Source of the DNA: an uncultured Chloroflexia bacterium
GTDB taxonomy: Bacteria; Chloroflexota; Dormibacteria; Aeolococcales; Aeolococcaceae
DNA length: 64,000 bases
Reading direction: 5' to 3'
NCBI GenBank assembly: GCA_963793875.1
Contig: CAWCBS010000014.1
Location: 179,335 to 243,334 of the forward strand
Shown piece after piece: positions 47,346-56,151 of the stretch. The position numbers and the translations under genes are program-made. Positions within the stretch are counted from its first letter, which is position 1, and each line of letters starts with the position of its first letter. The notes under the pieces are model-generated. The model was not told the origin of the DNA. It saw nothing but the letters and a program-made list of their open reading frames with translations, and searched no databases.

Positions 47346-48395
47346 TCAGCTGCTGGGGATGGTGACGGGATTGGGCGGCGCCGTGAAGGCGGGGACGGCG
47401 TTCCAGTTGGAGTAGGTCAGCACGCCGGTCGCCGACCCGCTGGTCTGTGACAGCTGGACCGGGTAGGCCGGGCCTGAGGTGGCGACGGCGAGGGTGCCCG
47501 CGTTGGTGGTGTCCTTCACGAAGACGACGGCCTGGCCATCGACTTCGCCCGTCCCCCCAGCGGACAGCGTGCCGTGATTCTTGAGGGTCGACGCCACGTC
47601 CGTGAAGGAGCTGATGCCCGAGAAGGACGACGCCGTGGAGGATCCGGCGGGGGCCTCGACCCACACCCCGGCCAGCTGGGAGGCGGTGTCGCTGGGCGCA
47701 CCCTCGGCGGTCCAGAACGACTGTGGCGCCTTGAAGTACGCGTTGCCGCCGATCACGTCCAGGTTGATGACGCTGCCGTTCAGGGTCGCCGTGCCCTCGA
47801 TGTCGGCGCCGTGGACCTTGAAGTCGAAGGAGGTCACCCCGTCGCCGAAGTTGCCGGTCGCCGACGCCTCGAAGCCGCTGACGTTCTTGACCGCCGCCGT
47901 CGCTGCCTGGACGATCTGGGTCGGCGTCTCCGAGGCGAGGCCAGCGGGCGTCTTGGGCCGGGTCAGCAGATAGGCGCCGATGGCGGCGGCCACCACCACG
48001 ACGACGACCAGCCCGATGGCGAGCCAGCGGGCGCCGGAGCCGCGCCGGACCGGGGCGGCGGGAGCCAGCGGTGGGGCGAAGCTTGCGCCCGGGTAGGCCG
48101 CCGCCCCGGGCGGGGGCGCCTGGTACTGAGGGGCCGCGGCCCATGGCTGGACGGACGGGGGTGGTGCCGGCGCCGCGGGGACCGGCGGCGCGACCGGGGC
48201 CCACCTCGTGCCGTCCCACCGGTAGCGGCCGTCCGGGCTCAGCTGGGCCGGAGCGGGAACCACCGGCGCGGGCCGGGGCGGCACCTCGTTCCACCGCGAG
48301 CCGTCCCACCAGTAGCGTCCGTCAGCACTGAGCTGGGCCCCCGGCGGGGGAGGTGGGGGTGGCGGCGGGCCGTAGGGCCCGCCAGCGGCGGTCAT
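47346..48395 (-). CDS. proline-rich single-pass membrane protein with two N-terminal LS[AP]DGRY.WDG..W motifs and an extracytoplasmic domain (LppX/LprG-like feel, unverified)
   Basis: 349-aa ORF. Poly-Pro run (about 9 P), two motifs, TM WLAIGLVVVVVVAAAIGAYLL, then a beta-rich domain. Confidence 0.75.
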   Translation of the reverse strand: MTAAGGPYGPPPPPPPPPGAQLSADGRYWWDGSRWNEVPPRPAPVVPAPAQLSPDGRYRWDGTRWAPVAPPVPAAPAPPPSVQPWAAAPQYQAPPPGAAAYPGASFAPPLAPAAPVRRGSGARWLAIGLVVVVVVAAAIGAYLLTRPKTPAGLASETPTQIVQAATAAVKNVSGFEASATGNFGDGVTSFDFKVHGADIEGTATLNGSVINLDVIGGNAYFKAPQSFWTAEGAPSDTASQLAGVWVEAPAGSSTASSFSGISSFTDVASTLKNHGTLSAGGTGEVDGQAVVFVKDTTNAGTLAVATSGPAYPVQLSQTSGSATGVLTYSNWNAVPAFTAPPNPVTIPSS

Positions 48396-48403
48396 CGCGA
48401 CGC

Positions 48404-48409
48404 ATCATA
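48404..48409 (-). promoter_or_regulatory. -10-like TATGAT exactly 8 nt upstream of the ATG at 48395
   Basis: Seen in the sequence (the plus strand reads atcata). Confidence 0.35.
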
Positions 48410-48455
48410 GACCGGCGCCCGTCGGATTTCCGGATTGCCCGGGCCGGGTGGCCGG

Positions 48456-48461
48456 TACACT
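48456..48461 (+). promoter_or_regulatory. -10-like TACACT exactly 8 nt upstream of the rel ATG (a possible -35, TTGCCC, lies 15-16 nt upstream)
   Basis: Seen in the sequence. Confidence 0.35.
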
Positions 48462-48469
48462 CGTATGAG

Positions 48470-50609
48470 ATGCCCTTCAGCGATCTCGAGGCCCGGCTCG
48501 GCTACCTTCCCGAGGCCGACCACGCCCTGCTCCGGCGGGCGTTCGAGGTCGCGGAGCGGGCTCACAGCGGTCAGTTCCGGCTGACCGGCGAGCCCTACGT
48601 CGAGCACCCGGTGGCGGCGGCGGTCCTGCTCAGCGAGCTGCGCCTCGACGCCGAGACGCTGGCGGCGGCGCTTCTCCACGACACCGTCGAGGACACCGAC
48701 GTCACCCTGGAGGAGATCCGAGAGGAGTTCGGCGAGGCGATCGCCCGGCTGGTCGAGGGGGTCACCAAGCTGGGCAAGATCCACGTCCACACCCGGGAGC
48801 AGGCCCAGGCCGAGAACATCCGCAAGATGCTGGTGGCCATGGCCGAGGACATCCGGGTGGTGCTGATCAAGCTCGCCGACCGCCTCCACAACATGCGCAC
48901 GGTGAGCGCCCACGCCGAGGAGCGCCGCCAGCGGATCAGCCGGGAGACCCTGGACATCTACGCGCCCCTCGCTCACCGGCTGGGGATCTGGCAGTTCAAG
49001 GCGGAGCTGGAGGACCTCGCCTTCGCCCAGCTCGACCCCGACAACTACCACGCCGTGGAGGCCAAGCTGCGCAGCGGGCGGCAGCAGCGCGAGGTCTTCG
49101 TCCGCGATGTCAGCGAGATCCTCCAGCGCGAGCTGGAGGCGGTCGGGGTCCGCGCCGAGCTGAGCGGACGCTCCAAGAACGTCTACAGCATCATCGACAA
49201 GATGGGGCGCCAGCAGAAGGACTTCGAGGAGATCTACGACCTGATGGCGGTGCGGGTGGTGGTCGAACTCGGTCAAGGACTGCTACACGGCCCTAGGGGT
49301 CGTCCACCACCTCTGGAAGCCGATCCCGGGACGCTTCAAGGACTACATCGCCATGCCCAAGGGCAACGGCTACCAGTCCCTCCACACCACCGTGATATCC
49401 CACACCGGCGAGCCCGTCGAGGTGCAGATCCGCACCGCCGAGATGCACCACACCGCCGAGTACGGGGTGGCTGCGCACTGGCATTACAAGGCGGGGCCTC
49501 AGCAGGTGCGCTTCGACGAGCGGTACGGCTGGCTCCGCCTGCTGATGGACTGGCAGAAGGAGCTGCTCGACGCCGAGGCCTTCGTCGACACCGTCAAGCT
49601 CGACATCTTCCAGGACGAGGTCTTCGTCTTCACCCCCAAGGGGGACGTGCGCTCGCTGCCGGCGGGGAGCACCGCCGTGGACTTCGCGTACCGGGTGCAC
49701 ACCGCCGTCGGCCACCACTGCATCGGAGCCAAGGTCAACGGCCGGATGGTGCCCCTCGACTACCACCTGGCCAACGGCGACATCGTGGAGATCCTCACCA
49801 CCAAGGCGCCCCATGGCCCCTCGCGAGACTGGCTCAACTTCGTGAAGACCTCGACGGCCCGGGAGAAGATCCGCCAGTGGTTCAAGAAGGAGCGTCGCGA
49901 GGAGAACGTCAGCAAGGGCCGGGAGATGCTGGACAAGGAGTTCCGGCGCCTCCGCCAGAGCACGCTCGCCTCCCTCAAGGACGACGGGCTGCTGGAGCTG
50001 GCCCGGGACTTCAAGTTCTCGACCGCCGACGACTTCCTGGCGGCGATCGGCTATGGGGAGCTGAGCCCGCGCACGGTGGTGCTCCGCCACGCCGACCACG
50101 ACGGGCGCGCCGAGGCGGACGGTCACGGCCTAGTCATCCCGCTCACCTCGCCGGCGCTGGCGCCGAGCGGGGAGGTGAGGGTGCACGGGGTCGGCAACAT
50201 GCTCACCACCTTCGCCCGCTGCTGCAACCCGCTGCCGGGTGAGCCGATCCGGGGCTACATCACCCGGGGCAAGGGGGTTTCGGTCCACCGGGCCACCTGC
50301 GCCAGCATCCAGCACGCCCACGACCCCGACCGGCTGGTCGAGGTGGCCTGGGAGCGGGGCGGCCACCAGGTCTACCCGGTCAGCATCAAGATCGAGGCCT
50401 GGGACCGCACCGGGCTGCTCCGCGACATCGCCGCGGTGATCGCGGAGAACAAGATCAACCTCGCGGGGGCCGACGTCCAGGTCTACGACGACCGGACGGC
50501 GGTGATCTCGACCGTGGTGGAGATCTCCAACCTCACCCAGCTGAGCCGCCTCCTGGAGCGGCTGGAGCAGGTGCGGGACGTCCACACCGTGGCCCGGGAC
50601 GTCGGGTAG
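48470..50609 (+). pseudogene. relA: bifunctional (p)ppGpp synthetase/hydrolase Rel (RelA/SpoT homologue); the frame is broken by one extra nucleotide near 49265-49272 as sequenced
   Basis: The first frame has the HD domain (HSGQFRLTGEPYVEHPVAAA..LLHDTVEDT) up to ...YDLMAVRVVVE. The +1 frame continues (S)VKDCYTALGVVHHLWKPIPGRFKDYIAMPKGNGYQSLHTTV..., then TGS and ACT regions, to 50609. Confidence 0.9.
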
Positions 50610-50776
50610 GGGGAGCGGGGGCCCGGAGAGACGACAGCCCGTGGGCTGGGGCGACCGGGGGCGCGGGTGCTGGGCTCCGCCTCCCCACCCGCAGCGCGGC
50701 GGGTCCATCGGCGCTTCGCCACAGCCGGACCGCCGGCTTGCGACGGGGGTGGCACTGGCCCGTTACCGGGCCCCCG

Positions 50777-50782
50777 TACATT
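50777..50782 (+). promoter_or_regulatory. -10-like TACATT 7 nt upstream of the tadG-like ATG
   Basis: Seen in the sequence. Confidence 0.3.
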
Positions 50783-50789
50783 TGACGCG

Positions 50790-52652
50790 ATGGCAGGACA
50801 GCCCCCTCCGTCGACTGCGCCCCCGGGCACACCCCCTCCCGTCTGGACGGCCGCCCGTGAGGCTGGTCGCCTGCGCGCGCGCGCCCGGCGGCGCCACCGC
50901 CAGCAGGGCCAGATCGTTCCCCTGATGGCGCTGCTCATGGTCATCCTCACCGGTTTCGCGGCGCTCGCCATCGACACCGGCGTGGCCTACGACCAGTCGC
51001 GCACCGACCAGGATGTCTCGGACGCCGCCGCTCTGGCCGCCTCCTACTGGATCTACTCGCACGCCAACACCCAGGGCGCAAACCTGAGCGGCGCCTTCGC
51101 GGCGGCGATCAATGTGGCCCAGCTCGACTGCACCGGTCCCTCGGCCCCCTGCTCCCTGAGCGTGAGCTTCTACACCGCGTACCCTGGGACGGCGACCTGC
51201 AGCGCCTCGGTGCAGAGCGTGGAGAACCCGAGCCAGGTGAGTGCGGCGGAGTCCGGGTTCAGCTGCCAGGTGAGCGGACAGCCGGTCGCTCCGAAGACCG
51301 TCGCCTATGCCGGGGCCAGCATCGGGAGCACCGGCCACAACTACCTCAGCAGCCCCGTCACCCATTCCAAGACCTTCTCGATCGGCACCCAGGCGGTGGC
51401 CCAGGTCGTGGGTGGGACGGGCAGCGGCAGCAGTGACCTGCTCCTCAACTGTGTGCTCTGCATCCTGGCCCAGCCCAACGGCCAGAACCAGAGCACCAAC
51501 GGCTTCACCATCGAGTCCTACTCCAACGATCTCAACCTCGGCACCGACGGAGCCAACATCGCCGTCAACGGGAATCTCGACTGCGAGGGGGGAACCGGCG
51601 ACAACGCCACCATCGACACCACGGGCTCCTCGGTGAACGGCACCGTCGACGTCGCCGGCACCTACACCAAGAACTGCACGGCCACCTGGAACCCGGCCAC
51701 GGGCTCGTCGCCCTACAACCCGACCACCGGCACCACGCCGATTCCCGATCCCCTGGCCAACCTTCAGATGCCGAACGTGGGCACCTACGCCAGCTGCACC
51801 GCCAGCGTGACCATCACCAGCAGCACCCCCACCGCCCAGGACACCCTGCAGCCCGGCTGCTACGGGCAGATCACGATCGACGGGACCAAGACCGGCGGCT
51901 CGCAGCTGTCCGGCGGCCAGACCTGCATCTCCAACGGTGACGGCCTCGACGTGGTCTTCAACGCCGGTCTCTACATCATCTATCAGGGCCTCACCATCGA
52001 GGGCGACGACCCGACCGTCGAGTCCCAGAAGGGGACGGGCTCCAGCTGCGACCAGGGGGTCACGCTCGACTTCGTCTGCTCGACCTCCAACTACAACGGC
52101 ACCGGATCGCCCGGACCGGCCGCCTGCGGCTACAACAACAACCAGGGCCAGAACGGGGCCGAGCTCATTCTCGACACCTACAACCTCACCGGGAGCGGCA
52201 TCGCCGCCTGCTACAACTACGGAAGCACCAGAAGCAACAACGCAATCGACGAGCAGAACGGCCTGCCCTGCGACTACCAGTGGAACCTCTTCCCGCCGAG
52301 CAGCGGGACCCTGACCAACCTGGTGGTCCTCTACGACCAGAACAACACCTCGCCGATCGAGACCGCGACCCAGACCCCCGACCCCGACAGCGACCACAAC
52401 GGCGCCATCTATGCCGCCCGTGCCACCTACATCATGGCCAATTACTCGACTTCGAACACGCCGTCGACGAGCAGCGGGAACTCGTGCACCACGCCGCTGG
52501 GCGCCCCCGTGGTGATCGACTATCTGCAGGTGTACGCCAACTACAACAGCAGCACCTGCCAGGAGTTCGACTGGGCCGACGGGACCTTCGTCTACCAGCT
52601 GGACAACGACGTCGAGCTGAACGCCGGGGGCCCGGGGGGCCTGGTGGGCTGA
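50790..52652 (+). CDS. TadG-like (Tad/Flp pilus assembly, PF13400-type N-terminus) large Cys-rich secreted protein
   Basis: GQIVPLMALLMVILTGFAALAIDTGVAYDQSRTDQDVSDAAALAAS. Later LQPGCYGQITIDG, GLYIIYQGLTIEG, GVTLDFV, SGTLTNLVVLYDQ and GAIYAARATYIMA match the usual TadG layout. Confidence 0.8.
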   Translation: MAGQPPPSTAPPGTPPPVWTAAREAGRLRARARRRHRQQGQIVPLMALLMVILTGFAALAIDTGVAYDQSRTDQDVSDAAALAASYWIYSHANTQGANLSGAFAAAINVAQLDCTGPSAPCSLSVSFYTAYPGTATCSASVQSVENPSQVSAAESGFSCQVSGQPVAPKTVAYAGASIGSTGHNYLSSPVTHSKTFSIGTQAVAQVVGGTGSGSSDLLLNCVLCILAQPNGQNQSTNGFTIESYSNDLNLGTDGANIAVNGNLDCEGGTGDNATIDTTGSSVNGTVDVAGTYTKNCTATWNPATGSSPYNPTTGTTPIPDPLANLQMPNVGTYASCTASVTITSSTPTAQDTLQPGCYGQITIDGTKTGGSQLSGGQTCISNGDGLDVVFNAGLYIIYQGLTIEGDDPTVESQKGTGSSCDQGVTLDFVCSTSNYNGTGSPGPAACGYNNNQGQNGAELILDTYNLTGSGIAACYNYGSTRSNNAIDEQNGLPCDYQWNLFPPSSGTLTNLVVLYDQNNTSPIETATQTPDPDSDHNGAIYAARATYIMANYSTSNTPSTSSGNSCTTPLGAPVVIDYLQVYANYNSSTCQEFDWADGTFVYQLDNDVELNAGGPGGLVG

Positions 52653-52785
52653 TCCCCACCAGGGCTTTGGCGGCTGCCATGCTGTTACCGGACGGTGGCG
52701 GTTCCTCGACAGGAACCCTGGAGACCGGGGGCTAGCCTTGAGGAGCGGCCGCCGCCGCTGCTGTCGCAGGAGTGATCCATCGGTG

Positions 52786-53850
52786 ATGAGACTTCGCGGA
52801 AGAGAGCCGGAGCCCCGCCGTCGCCCCCACCACCGGGCGCGGACCAGGGGTCAGTCGATGGTCGAGTTCGCGGTCATCCTGCCGGTGCTGCTGGTGATCG
52901 GCATGTCGGTCTTCGACTACGGCTACTACCTGGAGCACGTCAACAACATCGCCACCGTGGTGCGCGACGGCGCCCGCTACGCCAGCCTGTACACGAACCC
53001 GAGCTACGCCACGCAGTGGAACAGCGCCTGCGCCGATCCGACCACGCTGGCCTCCGGCGGCTGGAGCTGTGCCGGCATGGAGACCACCGTGGCCATGAAC
53101 CAGCCGACGCAGGCCATCGACCCCACCTCCGGCACCTACATCATCGACGTCGCCTCGATCAGCGGCTTCTCCAGCTACAACGACGGCTTCTCGGTGGCGA
53201 CGACCACTTCCACCGGGGTGGCGGCGCTGCTCAGCTGCTCTTTGACCGCGACGGTGAGTGGTCAGGCGGAGTTCACGGGATGCAGCGCGACCGACCCGGC
53301 CACCGGGGGCGGCAATCTGGTCCCGGGCGCCTCGCTGATCGGACAGTCCGACTTCACCGAGGGCATCATCCAGGAGGAGGCGGAGAGCCTCACCGTCCCC
53401 GAGGGCGGCCTGCCCATCGACAACATCGACTGCTGCTGGTCGGGGTCGACGGGGGGTACGGGATGTCCGAGTGGATCGGGGACGACCCCCCCATCGCCAG
53501 GCTCCGCCAGTACGGTCGCAAACCCCTACCTCTACTCGTGGCCGGTGAGCGGAATCAGCTCGCAGCCTCCGGTGAGCTGCATCACCATCTCGTACTGGAC
53601 GAGCAGCGATGGGTCGTACTCGACCTCGAGCCTCAGCCTCTGCGGGTGGTGGTCGGCCGACGCCAGCAGCGACACCGGCCAGTTTGAATCCGTGAATCAG
53701 TGCTCCGCCACCATCGGCAAGCTGGTCCAGGTCACCGTCGCCTACGCCTGGAGCCAGGCCTCGCCGGGCCCGGTGTTCACGGTCCTGAACTCGATATTCG
53801 GCCTCCAGGTCACCGCATCGGCGAGCAGCTCGTTCGTGGTGACGGGGTGA
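52786..53850 (+). CDS. TadE-like pseudopilin-type protein, unusually long (354 aa)
   Basis: RTRGQSMVEFAVILPVLLVIGMSVFDYGYYL...VVRDGARYA (TadE N-terminal domain with a G/QxxVEF prepilin-like site). Ser/Thr/Cys-rich C-terminal region. Confidence 0.75.
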   Translation: MRLRGREPEPRRRPHHRARTRGQSMVEFAVILPVLLVIGMSVFDYGYYLEHVNNIATVVRDGARYASLYTNPSYATQWNSACADPTTLASGGWSCAGMETTVAMNQPTQAIDPTSGTYIIDVASISGFSSYNDGFSVATTTSTGVAALLSCSLTATVSGQAEFTGCSATDPATGGGNLVPGASLIGQSDFTEGIIQEEAESLTVPEGGLPIDNIDCCWSGSTGGTGCPSGSGTTPPSPGSASTVANPYLYSWPVSGISSQPPVSCITISYWTSSDGSYSTSSLSLCGWWSADASSDTGQFESVNQCSATIGKLVQVTVAYAWSQASPGPVFTVLNSIFGLQVTASASSSFVVTG

Positions 53851-54455
53851 ACCGGGGTCGGCGCAAGAGGACGCGGGGGCAGGCGATGGTGGAGTTCGCC
53901 ATGGTGGCCCCCCTGTTTTTCCTGCTGGTGTTCGGCACCATCGACTTCGGCGGGTACTTCGGCAGCCGGCTGTCCGTCGAAGAGGCCGCCCGAGCGGGTG
54001 CCCGGGTGGCCGATGTGCAGTGCAACCAGACCGGGTGCACCTACTCGGGCAGCGCCATCGTGAACGCCATCGTTGCCCAGGAGGGGATGGTCAAGCTCCC
54101 CACCACCGTCAACTGCACCTGGGCGGGGAACTCGCTGGCCCCCAGCGTCTACCCTCCCTTCACCTTCAGCGGGAACGGGTGCATCGGCATCTGGTACTTC
54201 AACCTCTACGCCGCGACCACCGGGCCCCCGGTGCTCTGCGGCCAGTGGAGCGTGGCCAGCTCGGCCTGGGTCTGGTACACGAACGGTGGTGGCACCACGA
54301 CCACGGAGCCCAACGGCTGCGTCCTGCCCAACGACGACATCGTGGTGGTGGGGGTGGGCTACCGCTACAGCCCGCTGACGCCGCTGCCGACCATCGCCAG
54401 CAATGCCCTGACCACGTACGGGGAGACCCAGCTGCTCGAGGAAGGCAACCTCTGA
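53847..54455 (+). CDS. TadE-like pseudopilin-type protein
   Basis: GTGA overlap with the preceding gene. RTRGQAMVEFAMVAPLFFLLVFGTIDFGGYF...EEAARAGARVA. Confidence 0.8.
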   Translation: MNRGRRKRTRGQAMVEFAMVAPLFFLLVFGTIDFGGYFGSRLSVEEAARAGARVADVQCNQTGCTYSGSAIVNAIVAQEGMVKLPTTVNCTWAGNSLAPSVYPPFTFSGNGCIGIWYFNLYAATTGPPVLCGQWSVASSAWVWYTNGGGTTTTEPNGCVLPNDDIVVVGVGYRYSPLTPLPTIASNALTTYGETQLLEEGNL

Positions 54456-54599
54456 CGCCGCAACCTGCCACCGCCGGCGATGTCCGCGCCGCCGGCGCGG
54501 AGTTCCGGCTGCCGGAGGAGGGCGACCGGGTCTCGTAGGGACCGCAGGGCGGGCACGGCGGGGCCGCGAAGTCGCCCTCGCGCAGCTGGGGCACCGCAC

Positions 54600-54605
54600 T
54601 AGACT
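54600..54605 (+). promoter_or_regulatory. -10-like TAGACT exactly 8 nt upstream of the hisS ATG
   Basis: Seen in the sequence. Confidence 0.35.
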
Positions 54606-54613
54606 TCCGACCG

Positions 54614-55879
54614 ATGCCGGCGATCACCCGCCCCCGGGGCACCAACGACCTGCTGCCCGCGGAGGCCCCCCTCCGGGAGTGGGTGCTCGACACCCACGCC
54701 CGGGTGGCCGGGGCCCACGGCTACGAGCCGATCGACACCCCGGTCTTCGAGGCGACCGAGATGTACGAGCGGGGGACCGGGGCCGGCACCGACGTCGTGG
54801 AGAAGGAGATGTTCTCCTTCACCGACCGGGGTGGTCGCCAGCTCACGCTCCGGCCGGAGGGCACCCCGGGGGTGCTCCGGGCCGTGCTCGGCGCCCACCT
54901 GGAGCAGGAGCGCCGCCCCGTCAGGGTCCACTACGCGGGGCCGATGTTCCGCTACGCCCGGCCCCAGGCCGGGCGCTACCACGAGTTCTGGCAGCTCGGC
55001 ATCGAGGCCATCGGCGAGCGCTCGCCCGCCCTCGATGCGGAGGTGATCGAGGTCGCCTGGCGCTTCTACCAGGCGCTGGGCGTCAGCGGGCTGAGCCTCC
55101 AGGTCAACACCCTCGGGGACATCGACGACCGGCTGCGCTATCGAGCCTCCCTGGTCGAGTACTTCACCCCGCTCCGGGACCGCCTCTGCGAGGACTGCCA
55201 GCGCCGGCTGGAGGTCAATCCGCTCCGCCTGCTCGACTGCAAGCGGGACGCCGGCCTCGTGTCCGGCGCGCCCCAGATTGGACCCTCGCTGAGCGCCGAG
55301 AGCCAGGGATTCTTCACCCAGGTGACCGACCTTTTGAGCGCCGCGGCCATCCCCTTCAGCCTCAATCCGCGGCTGGTCCGCGGGCTCGACTACTACGCCC
55401 ACACCACCTTCGAGCTATGGCACGAGTCACTCCAGGGCGCGCAGAACGCGCTGGGGGGCGGCGGCCGCTACGACGGGCTGGCCGAGGTGCTCGGCTTCCC
55501 CCCGGCGCCCGGCAGCGGCTACGCCCTGGGGGTGGAGCGCACCATGGCGGTCTGCCGCGAGCAGGGGCTGGGACCGGCGCCGCGGCGCGACCGGGTGGTG
55601 GTCCTGGGCGTGGGCGGTGGGGACACGCCCGCCGCCGCTCGGGTGGCCCGGGAGCTGCGGGCCGCGGGCATCGCCGCCGTGCTCGACGCCTCCGAGCGCC
55701 GGCTCGACCGCCGGCTGGCGACGGCCGCCCGCCAGGGCGCCCGGGCAGCCGTGCTGGTGGGGAAGGAGGAGGCGGCCGCCGGCGCCGCGACCTGGAAGGA
55801 CCTGGACACCGGCCGCCAGGAGACGGCCCTGGTGGCCGAGGTGGCGGCCGCGCTCCACCGCCTGATCGGCCCGGGCTGA
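54614..55879 (+). CDS. hisS: histidine--tRNA ligase
   Basis: RPRGTNDLLP...YEPIDTPVFE.TE...EKEMFSFTDRGGRQLTLRPEGT...YAGPMFRYARPQAGRYHEFWQ. Confidence 0.95.
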   Translation: MPAITRPRGTNDLLPAEAPLREWVLDTHARVAGAHGYEPIDTPVFEATEMYERGTGAGTDVVEKEMFSFTDRGGRQLTLRPEGTPGVLRAVLGAHLEQERRPVRVHYAGPMFRYARPQAGRYHEFWQLGIEAIGERSPALDAEVIEVAWRFYQALGVSGLSLQVNTLGDIDDRLRYRASLVEYFTPLRDRLCEDCQRRLEVNPLRLLDCKRDAGLVSGAPQIGPSLSAESQGFFTQVTDLLSAAAIPFSLNPRLVRGLDYYAHTTFELWHESLQGAQNALGGGGRYDGLAEVLGFPPAPGSGYALGVERTMAVCREQGLGPAPRRDRVVVLGVGGGDTPAAARVARELRAAGIAAVLDASERRLDRRLATAARQGARAAVLVGKEEAAAGAATWKDLDTGRQETALVAEVAAALHRLIGPG

Positions 55880-55925
55880 CCCCCTCCGCCAATCAAGCCG
55901 ATGGGGTCGAAAGATGGCTTCCGGG

Positions 55926-55958
55926 GATACACCTCGCAAGGTGTATCGTTGGGTGTAT
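55926..55958 (+). promoter_or_regulatory. vapBC operator/promoter: perfect inverted repeat GATACACCT-cgca-AGGTGTATC plus a third GGTGTAT half-site; TATCGT -10-like hexamer 7 nt before the ATG
   Basis: Read directly from the sequence. Confidence 0.5.
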
Positions 55959-56151
55959 GCGGACCAACATTGACATCGACGACGCGGTGCTGCGCAAGGC
56001 ACAGCGTCTGATCGGCACCCGGACCAAGCGGGAGACGGTCGACCTTGCCCTCCACGAGCTGGTGGCCCGCCACGAGAGGCTGGGAATCCTCGCCCTGCGG
56101 GGGCGCGTCCATTGGGAGGGCGATCTCAGCGAGAGCCGGCGCGGGCGCTGA
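55957..56151 (+). CDS. vapB: type II antitoxin, VapB family (DUF2191-like)
   Basis: MRTNIDIDDAVLRKAQRLIGTRTKRETVDLALHELV, 64 aa. The stop overlaps the vapC start. Confidence 0.85.
   Translation: MRTNIDIDDAVLRKAQRLIGTRTKRETVDLALHELVARHERLGILALRGRVHWEGDLSESRRGR

Noticed and set aside
50610-50789. c-di-GMP riboswitch upstream of the Tad-like genes
   Set aside because: I could not find the conserved GEMM elements (for example ACGCAAAGC or GGGTCT-type segments). A -10-like hexamer lies 7 nt from the ATG, which leaves no leader.
52700-52717. Hairpin GGTTCC-tcgaca-GGAACC between the tadG-like and tadE-like genes
   Set aside because: It has only a 6-bp stem, no U tract and no obvious alternative structure. 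That is too weak to call a terminator or attenuator.
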